The notes under the pieces were generated by a model, which did not search any database, was not told where the DNA came from, and saw only the letters and a program-made list of their open reading frames with translations. Below are positions 50,127-57,527 of a stretch of DNA of 64,000 bases, piece after piece (position 1 is the stretch's first letter; every line of letters starts with the position of its first letter). A program made the translations under genes and the position numbers. The DNA comes from Candidatus Dojkabacteria bacterium (GTDB lineage Bacteria > Patescibacteriota > Dojkabacteria > SC72), in assembly GCA_035370405.1 (NCBI GenBank), contig DAOOVT010000001.1, positions 485-64,484 on the forward strand. The letters are read 5' to 3'.

Positions 50127-50155
50127 TTGCATTGACTATTTCTCCATTGTATAAT
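50127..50155 (+). promoter_or_regulatory. Sigma70-type promoter for the tRNA-Thr/Tyr transcript.
   Basis: TTGCAT, a 17 nt spacer, then TATAAT (50150-50155), ending 16 nt upstream of the tRNA 5' end. Confidence 0.6.
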
Positions 50156-50171
50156 AGACTTCTTTCAGGAT

Positions 50172-50248
50172 GCCGAAGTAGCTCAGTTGGTCAGAGCAGC
50201 TGTTTTGTAAACAGCAGGTCAAGAGTCCGAGTCTCTTCTTCGGCTCCA
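50172..50248 (+). tRNA. tRNA-Thr (anticodon UGU), with an unusual C at T-loop position 55.
   Basis: Acceptor GCCGAAG/CTTCGGC. Anticodon stem GCTGT/ACAGC with loop TTTGTAA. CCA encoded. T-loop TCCGAGT instead of TTCGAxT. Confidence 0.7.
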
Positions 50249-50252
50249 TTGT

Positions 50253-50338
50253 GCAGAGATGGCGGAGCGGTCAAACGCGGTGGACTGTAAATCCACTCCC
50301 TTCGGGGTTCATTGGTTCGAATCCAATTCTCTGCACCA
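50253..50338 (+). tRNA. tRNA-Tyr (anticodon GUA).
   Basis: Acceptor GCAGAGA/TCTCTGC. Anticodon stem GTGGA/TCCAC with loop CTGTAAA. Long variable arm. T-loop TTCGAAT. CCA encoded. Confidence 0.8.
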
Positions 50339-50369
50339 TCTATTATATATGTAACTTTATCTTCATCCC

Positions 50370-50378
50370 TGATATAAT
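50370..50378 (+). promoter_or_regulatory. Extended -10 promoter (TGaTATAAT) immediately upstream of tRNA-Thr(GGU).
   Basis: TGATATAAT ends 9 nt before the tRNA 5' end. Confidence 0.5.
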
Positions 50379-50387
50379 CGATTCACT

Positions 50388-50461
50388 GCTGGATTAGCTC
50401 AGTTGGTTAGAGCACATTCATGGTAAGAATGAGGTCCTGAGTTCGACTCTCAGATCCAGCT
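50388..50461 (+). tRNA. tRNA-Thr (anticodon GGU).
   Basis: Acceptor GCTGGAT/ATCCAGC. Anticodon stem CATTC/GAATG with loop ATGGTAA. T-loop TTCGACT. CCA not encoded. Confidence 0.8.
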
Positions 50462-50578
50462 CTCTCTTTAAGAAAAGAATATCGTACGAAATTATTTGAC
50501 CTGTGGAAATATTTCCAATATAATACGGCGATATTTCCCAATATACATAAATAAATCGTAATTTGCACAACTGTAAAA

Positions 50579-50743
50579 ATGGCTAAAGTAAAAAGGGACA
50601 TAATAGCTTTTAAGTGCTCAGAGTGTGGAGAAAGGAATTACACTCAGTTTAAAACTAAGAATGTCAAAGAAAAAATAGAAAAAAGAAAGTACTGTCCAGT
50701 ATGTAAAAAACATACAGTACACAAGGAGACCAAAATAAAATAA
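50579..50743 (+). CDS. rpmG: 50S ribosomal protein L33 (54 aa; below the ORF-track length cut-off).
   Basis: Translation MAKVKRDIIAFKCSECGERNYTQFKTKNVKEKIEKRKYCPVCKKHTVHKETKIK. The CxxC...CxxC zinc ribbon is typical of L33. Confidence 0.8.
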   Translation: MAKVKRDIIAFKCSECGERNYTQFKTKNVKEKIEKRKYCPVCKKHTVHKETKIK

Positions 50744-50766
50744 ATGGCTTGGCTCTTTACCAAGAT

Positions 50767-50842
50767 GGGCTCATAGTTTCAATTGGTAAAACAGCGGTCT
50801 CCAAAACCGTAGTTCACCGTTCGAGTCGGTGTGGGCCTGCCA
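50767..50842 (+). tRNA. tRNA-Trp (anticodon CCA).
   Basis: Acceptor GGGCTCA/TGGGCCT with two G-U pairs. Anticodon stem GCGGT/ACCGT with loop CTCCAAA. T-loop TTCGAGT. CCA encoded. Confidence 0.75.
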
Positions 50843-50858
50843 AAAAGAATATAGAGTG

Positions 50859-51032
50859 ATGAAAATAATAAAAAATATAATAAATGAAGCGAAGAACACC
50901 AAATGGCCTTCAATGAGAGATGTAGCCACTATGACAATATATACACTAATCGTCTGTGGTATAATTTCCCTAATTATGGCAGGGCTAGACTTAGTCTTAG
51001 CAAAATTAAGAGACCTATTCCTTAACATGTAA
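50859..51032 (+). CDS. secE: Preprotein translocase subunit SecE.
   Basis: A 57 aa single-TM protein (KWPSMRDVATMTIYTLIVCGIISLIMAGLDL), immediately upstream of nusG. The start is placed after tRNA-Trp. Confidence 0.75.
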   Translation: MKIIKNIINEAKNTKWPSMRDVATMTIYTLIVCGIISLIMAGLDLVLAKLRDLFLNM

Positions 51033-51042
51033 ATTAAAAAAA

Positions 51043-51606
51043 ATGAGCAAAAAGATTGAGAAAAAAGAAAAGAAAGAGAACCCAAATGCAAAATGGTATG
51101 TACTAAACATAAGAACAGGATACGAGAACAGTGTTCAAAAAGAAATAATGCAAAGAGCAACAGCAACTGGAATGCAAGATAAAATAGTAGACATGCTAGT
51201 TCCCATACAAAAGAAGATCGTTGTAAAGAAAGGGAAACAAGATGTAAAAGAAGAAAAAATATTTCCAGGCTATGTTCTCATTAAAATGGAGCTTGATAAC
51301 GCAACATGGGACTTAGTTCAAAACACAGAAGGAGTCAGAGGATTTGTAAAAACAGACAGATATCCCAAGCCATTAGCAGAATCAGAAGTAAAAGCAATAA
51401 CAAAATTCATGGAAATTGAACAACCTTCATATCAAAGCTCATTTAGTATTGGAGAAGCAGTTAAAATTACTGATGGTGCATTTGCTGACTTCATAGGAAG
51501 CGTACAGGAAATTGACACTACCAAGGGTAAGATAAAAGTCCTCATCTCATTCTTAGGTAGAGAAGCTCCTGTAGAATTAGAGCTTTCTCAAGTTTCTAAA
51601 CTTTAG
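51043..51606 (+). CDS. nusG: Transcription termination/antitermination factor NusG.
   Basis: NGN domain (WYVLNIRTGYENSV). KOW motif (IGEAVKITDGAFADFIGSVQEID). Confidence 0.9.
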   Translation: MSKKIEKKEKKENPNAKWYVLNIRTGYENSVQKEIMQRATATGMQDKIVDMLVPIQKKIVVKKGKQDVKEEKIFPGYVLIKMELDNATWDLVQNTEGVRGFVKTDRYPKPLAESEVKAITKFMEIEQPSYQSSFSIGEAVKITDGAFADFIGSVQEIDTTKGKIKVLISFLGREAPVELELSQVSKL

Positions 51607-51627
51607 TAAAATTAAAAATATTCAGAT

Positions 51628-52056
51628 ATGGCAAAAGAAATTAAAAAAATAATAAAGATAACTATCCCTGCAGGAATGGCTACAATGGCACCCCCCATAG
51701 GCCCTACCCTAGCCCCATATGGGATAAACACACAAGATTTTTGTGCTCAATTCAATGAAAAAACAAAAGAAAATGGTGGAATATTAACACCAGTCGTTTT
51801 AACTATCTATGAAGACAGAAGTTTTGATTTCATACTCAAAACTCCACCAACTTCTGAATTAATTAGAAGAGAATTAAAAATTAAGAAAGGATCAGGAAAA
51901 CCAAATCTTGAAAAGGTAGGGAAAATTTCAAAAGAACAAATTGCAAAGATTGCAGAGATAAAGATGCCAGACTTAAACACATCAGACCCTAAACAGGCAG
52001 CAAAAATAATTGCTGGTACTGCTAAACAGATGGGCGTTGAGACTGATATTAAATAA
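51628..52056 (+). CDS. rplK: 50S ribosomal protein L11.
   Basis: IKITIPAGMATMAPPIGPTLAPYGIN, the L11 signature. Confidence 0.9.
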   Translation: MAKEIKKIIKITIPAGMATMAPPIGPTLAPYGINTQDFCAQFNEKTKENGGILTPVVLTIYEDRSFDFILKTPPTSELIRRELKIKKGSGKPNLEKVGKISKEQIAKIAEIKMPDLNTSDPKQAAKIIAGTAKQMGVETDIK

Positions 52057-52076
52057 TAATTGTTACCAAAATAACT

Positions 52077-52760
52077 ATGAAAAGAGGAAAAAAATATAAA
52101 AAGATAACACAAGATTTGGATAGAAGTGCTTCATACACACTACAACAAGGAATAAAAAAGATTAAGACCCTCTCCTACTCCAAATTTCCAGGAACACTTG
52201 AATTACACATTGATTTGAAAATACCAAAAGATAAAGATCCAAAATCCTTAAAAGGAGCGGTTTCACTTCCCAATGCTACAAATACTAAAAACATTAAAGT
52301 CGCAGTATTTTGTACTCCTGATAAAGAAGAAGAAGCAAAAAGTGCAGGAGCAGATTTTGTTGGATTAGATAGCTTAATAAAAGAGATAAAAGAAAATGGC
52401 CCTCACTTTGATGTTGCAATTGCAACACCATCTGTTATGCCTAAAATAGCTGTCTTAGGAAAAGAATTAGGTCCAAAAGGCTTAATGCCAAATCCTAAAA
52501 ATGGAACAGTAACAGAAAATATTTCCAAAGCTGTTTCCGAATACAAAAAAGGAAAACAAACATTCGCATGTGATCCATCTGGAGTAGTACATATGGCAGT
52601 AGGATCATTAGACATGGAAGATCAAAAATTAGAAGAAAATATCCATACAGCAATATCAGCAATTTCTGAAGTTGTTGGGAAATCTTATGATCAAATTATA
52701 CAGAGAATGTACATCTGTCCTACAATGGGACCAAGTATAAAGATCAATTATTCCAGATAG
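52077..52760 (+). CDS. rplA: 50S ribosomal protein L1.
   Basis: 227 aa. FPGTLELHIDLKIPKDKD...AVFCTPDKEEEAKSAGADFVG. Confidence 0.9.
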   Translation: MKRGKKYKKITQDLDRSASYTLQQGIKKIKTLSYSKFPGTLELHIDLKIPKDKDPKSLKGAVSLPNATNTKNIKVAVFCTPDKEEEAKSAGADFVGLDSLIKEIKENGPHFDVAIATPSVMPKIAVLGKELGPKGLMPNPKNGTVTENISKAVSEYKKGKQTFACDPSGVVHMAVGSLDMEDQKLEENIHTAISAISEVVGKSYDQIIQRMYICPTMGPSIKINYSR

Positions 52761-52874
52761 CCTTACAACCCTCTTCTACAGCAAACATATCATAGGGAGT
52801 TTACAAGTTTGGCAATACAAACTACAATTATTCTGTCTGCTCTTACAAAACAGAAAAAATGAAAGGAGGCTCAA

Positions 52875-53087
52875 TTGTTAGCTAAAGGAAAGTGGATACT
52901 CATTTATGATAATGGATATAGATATCTAGTATCAATCGCTGGAGATCATTATGAAAGACTAGAAATCATATCAGTAATATCGGAAAACAGTGGTATTGCA
53001 AGAGATGTTAATACTGGAAAGTATTATGAGTACAATAATGAATCTGGTTCTCTCTTTCTCAAAGAATCATTTATCCCATCGGATTAA
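52875..53087 (+). CDS. Small 70-aa hypothetical protein (TTG start) inserted between rplA and rplJ.
   Basis: A perfect Shine-Dalgarno AAAGGAGG at 52862-52869, 5 nt before a TTG start. An ORF of 70 codons. No recognisable family. Confidence 0.4.
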   Translation: MLAKGKWILIYDNGYRYLVSIAGDHYERLEIISVISENSGIARDVNTGKYYEYNNESGSLFLKESFIPSD

Positions 53088-53106
53088 ACTGTTTTGTAGA
53101 GCACTC

Positions 53107-53166
53107 TTAGTGAGTCTAATAAGAAATGTAAATTCATTTTTACTTCTGCCCTATTAGACTCACTAA
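53107..53166 (+). terminator. A 15-bp perfect-stem hairpin (attenuator, terminator, or rplJ-leader structure).
   Basis: TTAGTGAGTCTAATA (53107-53121) pairs with TATTAGACTCACTAA (53152-53166), with a 30-nt loop. A T-rich tract follows. Confidence 0.4.
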
Positions 53167-53204
53167 TAATATTCTGTGTATTTGTTGATTGATATTAAAT
53201 CATC

Positions 53205-53213
53205 TGATATAAT
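53205..53213 (+). promoter_or_regulatory. Extended -10 promoter (TGaTATAAT) upstream of rplJ.
   Basis: TGATATAAT lies 88 nt upstream of the rplJ ATG. An internal L10 promoter at this position is known from E. coli. Confidence 0.45.
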
Positions 53214-53301
53214 GCACGAGACTTACCGAAGAAATAAGGTACAAAAATAAATCCTTACGAGGCAAGTGTATGTTCAACTATAATTATTAACTATAACAAA
53301 T

Positions 53302-53823
53302 ATGGCGAAAAGTCACTTACAAAAGGTTGATTTACTAGATAAATATAAACATATCATTCAGAATAAAAAAGGCTACCTACTAGTCAATTCTGACAAAGTC
53401 AATGCTTCTGATGTTGCAAAATTAAAAATACAACTAAAGGAGGCTAATGCTGACTATGCAGTTTTGAAAAACACAGTCTTTAAAATAGCTCTTCAAGAGA
53501 CTAACCAACCACTGCAAACACAGGAAGTAGATGGACCTACAGCAATCATATATTTTGATGAAGATCCTACTTCTCCAGCGAAATTAATAAAGCAGATTCA
53601 AAAAGAAAAAGGCCTTCTCTCAGCAAAATTTGGTGTATTTGAAAATGAATTCCTTTCAAGTGAAAGAGTTATGGAATTAGCAGATATTCCATCGAGAGAT
53701 GTTCTACTTTCAAGGCTTGCAGGATCTATGAATGCATCATTAACAGGATTTATGAACACAATCACAGGAAATATCAAAGGTCTAACTTTGGTTCTTAAAG
53801 GCATTTCTGAAAAAAGTGCTTAA
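53302..53823 (+). CDS. rplJ: 50S ribosomal protein L10.
   Basis: 173 aa, MAKSHLQKVDLLDKYK...YLLVNSDKVNASDVAKLK. Precedes rplL. Confidence 0.9.
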   Translation: MAKSHLQKVDLLDKYKHIIQNKKGYLLVNSDKVNASDVAKLKIQLKEANADYAVLKNTVFKIALQETNQPLQTQEVDGPTAIIYFDEDPTSPAKLIKQIQKEKGLLSAKFGVFENEFLSSERVMELADIPSRDVLLSRLAGSMNASLTGFMNTITGNIKGLTLVLKGISEKSA

Positions 53824-53859
53824 TTTAGAAACAATTAATTAACTTAATTCTTTAAAAAT

Positions 53860-54261
53860 ATGGCAGACGAAGCAAAAACACTACCCGAATTGTCAGAAAA
53901 TGGCAAAAAGGTTCTCGAAATAGTCGAAAAAATGACTGTTTTAGAACTCTCTGATTTGGTAAAAGTCATGGAAGACAAATTCGGAGTATCAGCCTCTGCA
54001 CCTGTTGCTATTGCAGCACCAGTTGAGGCTGCACCTGCTGAAGAGGAGAAAACAATGTTCAACATTCTCCTTAAAGATGCAGGAGCAAACAAGATTGGAG
54101 TCATAAAAGCAGTAAGAGAAGTAACAGAACTCGGCTTAAAAGAGGCAAAAGATCTTGTTGATGCTGCACCTCAAGTAGTTAAGGAAAATGTCAAGAAAGA
54201 GGATGCTGAAGCTATAAAAGCAAAATTTGAAGAAGCAGGAGCAACTGTTGAATTACAGTAA
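53860..54261 (+). CDS. rplL: 50S ribosomal protein L7/L12.
   Basis: An Ala/Glu-rich hinge ([17 protein letters not shown]). C-terminal domain [27 protein letters not shown]. Confidence 0.95.
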   Translation: MADEAKTLPELSENGKKVLEIVEKMTVLELSDLVKVMEDKFGVSASAPVAIAAPVEAAPAEEEKTMFNILLKDAGANKIGVIKAVREVTELGLKEAKDLVDAAPQVVKENVKKEDAEAIKAKFEEAGATVELQ

Positions 54262-54287
54262 GCTACACTACTCTACTTTAAAGAATG

Positions 54288-54320
54288 AAGGGACTGTTTT
54301 TGGACAGTCCTTTTCTTTAT
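54288..54320 (+). terminator. Rho-independent terminator after rplL.
   Basis: AAGGGACTGT-TTTTGG-ACAGTCCTTT stem-loop (10 bp including one G-U pair), followed by TTTTCTTTATT. Confidence 0.7.
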
Positions 54321-54336
54321 TAAATACTAATAAACC

Positions 54337-54366
54337 TTGCTTCTTTCATATTCATTGGAATATAAT
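54337..54366 (+). promoter_or_regulatory. Sigma70-type promoter for the 7TM/ATP-grasp operon.
   Basis: TTGCTT, an 18 nt spacer, then TATAAT (54361-54366), 47 nt upstream of the ATG at 54413. A second TGATATAGC box lies at 54401-54409. Confidence 0.5.
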
Positions 54367-54412
54367 TACCTGTGTGATTTTGATATCTAAAATTATCATC
54401 TGATATAGCGAG

Positions 54413-55081
54413 ATGACATATTCCCCATTTACTTCATGGATTCTAGATAATGGTGTCTCTCAACAGACATTAGAACTTCTAGTATCTATAACTGTTGTTG
54501 CAACAATCGTAAGCATATTCAGATACATTTTTGGAGGAAAATCATATGGTATATATTCCCCAATTATTTTAGCAATAGCATACTCATATACTGGTCTTAA
54601 ATATGGACTAGCCATAACTGCCGTTGTCATAATAACAACCCTTGTCTCCTACTCGGTACTGAAAAAGATAAGAATGCATTACATTACAAGAATTGCAATA
54701 AATTACTGCCTTCTAGTAATTGCAATTCTCATGCTCATAATAGCTACCTACAAATATGATTTGGGCTTAAAAAATACATCTATGATATCCCCTCTAGCAC
54801 TTGTATCCATTGCAACTCTTTCTGATTTCTTTGTAAAACAATTTACCCAAAAATCCTTAAAAACTTCATTCTCTCCTCTCATAGGAACAATCGTAATAGC
54901 ATCAATCGGTTGGTACATAATAACTTCTGAGCAAATATCACAGTACATGATTAACAACCTCTGGATAATACCTCTACTCATATTCATAAATATACTCATA
55001 GGACAATTCAAAGAACTTAGAATTAAGGAAATCCTCAGATTTAATTCCATAGTTGGGAACAAGGACAATGCTCAAAAGTAA
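54413..55081 (+). CDS. Seven-transmembrane membrane protein, the membrane partner of an alpha-L-glutamate-ligase-like system.
   Basis: Seven predicted TM helices in 222 aa. The 3' end overlaps the start of the downstream ATP-grasp gene by 29 nt. No transglutaminase-like domain is present. Confidence 0.55.
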   Translation: MTYSPFTSWILDNGVSQQTLELLVSITVVATIVSIFRYIFGGKSYGIYSPIILAIAYSYTGLKYGLAITAVVIITTLVSYSVLKKIRMHYITRIAINYCLLVIAILMLIIATYKYDLGLKNTSMISPLALVSIATLSDFFVKQFTQKSLKTSFSPLIGTIVIASIGWYIITSEQISQYMINNLWIIPLLIFINILIGQFKELRIKEILRFNSIVGNKDNAQK

Positions 55082-56525
55082 AGGTTACAAAGAAATATTA
55101 GGTATCAACAGAAGGAATCAGGAATACATCCGTCCGTATAACTCTGCTAGAGCTAAAAATATTGCAGACAACAAAATTCTTACAAAAAAAATACTAACTG
55201 AAAATGGAATCTTAACACCTAAAATTTACAAAGTTGTAAAAGACAGAAAACAATTAGAATTTTTGAATTGGGATTCACTTCCTAAAAGTTTTGTAATTAA
55301 ACCTAACAAAGGCACAGGAGGCAATGGCATCATTATATTCTACGGGAAGAAAAAAGGACAAACAGCTTGGATAAGACCAAACGGAACTGTAATGTCTAAA
55401 TATGACATCTCCTTACATATTGCAAATATTCTTGATGGAAGATACTCCATGGGAAATAAAAAAGATACAGCAATCATAGAAGAAAGAGTCAAAACAGACC
55501 CTTTTCTTAAGCAATATTCATACAAAGGAGTTCCTGATATAAGGGTAATATGCTTCAAAGGAGTACCCATAATGGCCATGATACGAATTCCAACTAAAAG
55601 ATCAAATGGAACTGCAAATCTACATTCTGGAGCAATATGCACTGGTATAGATATAGCTACAGGAATTACCACATATTCTATGCAAATGGATACAAAAAGT
55701 ATATTTAGTGATGTATATGAAGATATAGAATATACTACAGACCTAGAAGATAATAAAAAGCTCAGTGGTATAACTATTCCTGATTGGAACAAAATACTCG
55801 AAATAGCTCTAAAGTGCCAAAAGGTTACAAAACTTGGATACATTGGAGTAGACATATCAATAGATGCAGAAAAAGGTCCTGTTGTTTTTGAATTAAACGC
55901 TAGACCAGGATTAGGAATACAAGTCGCCAATAAAGCAGGATTAAGATCTAGACTAGAACTAATAAAAGAGGTTGATGTAAAAAGTATCAGACACGGTATA
56001 AAGATTGCAAAAGATCTTTTTGGTGGAGAAATTGAGGAGAGTATAGAATCAATAAGTGGAAGAAAAGTAGTTAATATTATTGAAAAGGTAACATTATTTG
56101 ATAGACAAGCACTTTCTGTCAAAAAGAAAAATAAGAATAATAAACAACCCTCTAAGGTTTTTATGGATACAAGTATTCTCACATCTAGAATTACAGAAGC
56201 AACAGCAAATAGAATTGGTTTCCTTTCAACCACAAAATATTTTAATTCCTTAAACGTTCCTGAAAAATTCAATACACTTAAAGATGCTCAGAAGTATATT
56301 GATGAAAATATTCAAGCACTGACATTAGAAGAAGGAATAAAGAGGATTGCCAAAATTGCAGATGGCAATGATGTGAAGATACGCCCTGTAATAGAAATAT
56401 CTATGGAAATAGCTGAACAGGTTAGATCTCTCGATGTTATAATCGTCCCAGATTTAGAGTATCCTATATCTATGGGAAGAAATGAATTGAAAGGATATTT
56501 AATTGATACCACACATACTTTTTAA
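55053..56525 (+). CDS. Alpha-L-glutamate-ligase-like (RimK-related, TIGR02291-like) ATP-grasp enzyme fused to a C-terminal retropepsin-like (RimB/DUF785-like) domain.
   Basis: The N-terminal half has ILGINRRNQEYIRPYN...FVIKPNKGTGGNGIIIF...YKGVPDIRVICFKGVPIMAMIRIPTKRSNGTANLHSGAICTGID...ELNARPGLGIQVANKAGLRSRLELIKE. This matches my memory of Pseudomonas/Vibrio alpha-L-glutamate ligase-like proteins. The C-terminal approximately 170 aa has VFMDTSILTSRITEA and IRPVIEISMEIAEQVRSLDVIIVPDLEYPISMGRNELKGYLID, matching the retropepsin-like putative zinc protease family. Confidence 0.65.
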   Translation: MGTRTMLKSKGYKEILGINRRNQEYIRPYNSARAKNIADNKILTKKILTENGILTPKIYKVVKDRKQLEFLNWDSLPKSFVIKPNKGTGGNGIIIFYGKKKGQTAWIRPNGTVMSKYDISLHIANILDGRYSMGNKKDTAIIEERVKTDPFLKQYSYKGVPDIRVICFKGVPIMAMIRIPTKRSNGTANLHSGAICTGIDIATGITTYSMQMDTKSIFSDVYEDIEYTTDLEDNKKLSGITIPDWNKILEIALKCQKVTKLGYIGVDISIDAEKGPVVFELNARPGLGIQVANKAGLRSRLELIKEVDVKSIRHGIKIAKDLFGGEIEESIESISGRKVVNIIEKVTLFDRQALSVKKKNKNNKQPSKVFMDTSILTSRITEATANRIGFLSTTKYFNSLNVPEKFNTLKDAQKYIDENIQALTLEEGIKRIAKIADGNDVKIRPVIEISMEIAEQVRSLDVIIVPDLEYPISMGRNELKGYLIDTTHTF

Positions 56526-56527
56526 AT

Positions 56528-57520
56528 ATGAAGAAATATGAGGAATATTTGAAAGAGTGTGGAAATGTACATTTAGCATATTACATTTGGGCTGCTAATA
56601 AACTTGGAATTCACTATGAAGTTTTAGTAAAAGGACTCCTTGCACAATTTAGTGATGGAAATGCAATATGGCATATAATAAATACAGCTACTCCATTAAC
56701 AACAACTACGTCAACAACAATATGTAAGAGGAAGAATTTAACTCATATGGTTCTCGAGAGGAATTGTATCGCTGTCCCAAGACAAAAGACCCTACTCTCT
56801 TCCTCCGATGCTGTGAATTTTTTTAATGAATATAAAGATATAGTTATTAAGCCAACACAACAACTTGGAGGAAAGGGAGTATCTATCCTCCCACAGAGCG
56901 AACAAGAAGCATCTGAGGCTTTCGAAAGAGCATCATTAGCCTCTCATTCAAAAACATCTTCCAAAGTTATTGCAGAGCAATTTGTGCATGGACAAAATTA
57001 CAGATTTCTAGTTCTAGGGGATAGTGTTATAGCAGTAGCAAGAAGAAAATCAGCCCATGTTATAGGTGATGGAAAAAGTAATATCAAACAGCTCATAGAA
57101 CAAACAAACATAATTCGTAAAAATTCTTTGTTAAAGCCTATCATCATAGATGATGAGGTTAATCTAAAGCTAAAAAGAGATTTCCTATCATTGGACACTG
57201 TACCAAAAGCTGGACAAGAAATAATATTAAGATATAACTGCAATTTGACTACAGGAGGAACTACAGAAGAATGCATGAGTGAAGTTGACAATTACTATAA
57301 GGAAGTTGCTATAAACGCAGTTAAAATAGTAGGTGCAGAATTTGGAGGAGTAGACATTATTGCAAAAGACATATCCTCCATCGGAGAATTTGCTGTAAAT
57401 GAAATCAACTACAACCCTGGATTAAGACTCCATTACAAAGTTGATAAAGGTAATATTACTGATGTTGCTGTCCCAATAATGCAGTACATTAGAGATAAAT
57501 ATATAAACTTACCAAAATAG
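56528..57520 (+). CDS. Cyanophycin-synthetase-like ATP-grasp ligase (CphA G-domain homolog; no Mur-ligase domain).
   Basis: IVIKPTQQLGGKGVSI...NYRFLVLGDSVIAVARRKSAHVIGDGKSNIKQLIEQTN...YNCNLTTGGTTEE...GVDIIAKDIS...AVNEINYNPGLRLH. This parallels the CphA ATP-grasp motifs (VVVKP..GNHGRG; YRLLVVG..VAAARR.PA.V.GDG..T...LIE..N; NLSTGG; VEVNAGPGLRMH). Confidence 0.6.
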   Translation: MKKYEEYLKECGNVHLAYYIWAANKLGIHYEVLVKGLLAQFSDGNAIWHIINTATPLTTTTSTTICKRKNLTHMVLERNCIAVPRQKTLLSSSDAVNFFNEYKDIVIKPTQQLGGKGVSILPQSEQEASEAFERASLASHSKTSSKVIAEQFVHGQNYRFLVLGDSVIAVARRKSAHVIGDGKSNIKQLIEQTNIIRKNSLLKPIIIDDEVNLKLKRDFLSLDTVPKAGQEIILRYNCNLTTGGTTEECMSEVDNYYKEVAINAVKIVGAEFGGVDIIAKDISSIGEFAVNEINYNPGLRLHYKVDKGNITDVAVPIMQYIRDKYINLPK

Positions 57521-57527
57521 TACAAAA

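Noticed and set aside
50771-51166. A 131-aa minus-strand ORF across tRNA-Trp, secE and the nusG start.
   Set aside because: It is antisense to the conserved secE-nusG genes and overlaps a tRNA. The hydrophobic composition is an AT-rich artefact.
54413-55081. Alternative reading of the 7TM ORF as a polysaccharide or drug exporter permease for the upstream ribosomal cluster.
   Set aside because: There is no ABC or MFS signature. The ORF translationally overlaps the RimK-related ligase gene. The pairing of a 7TM protein with an alpha-L-glutamate-ligase-like enzyme matches a known conserved neighbourhood.
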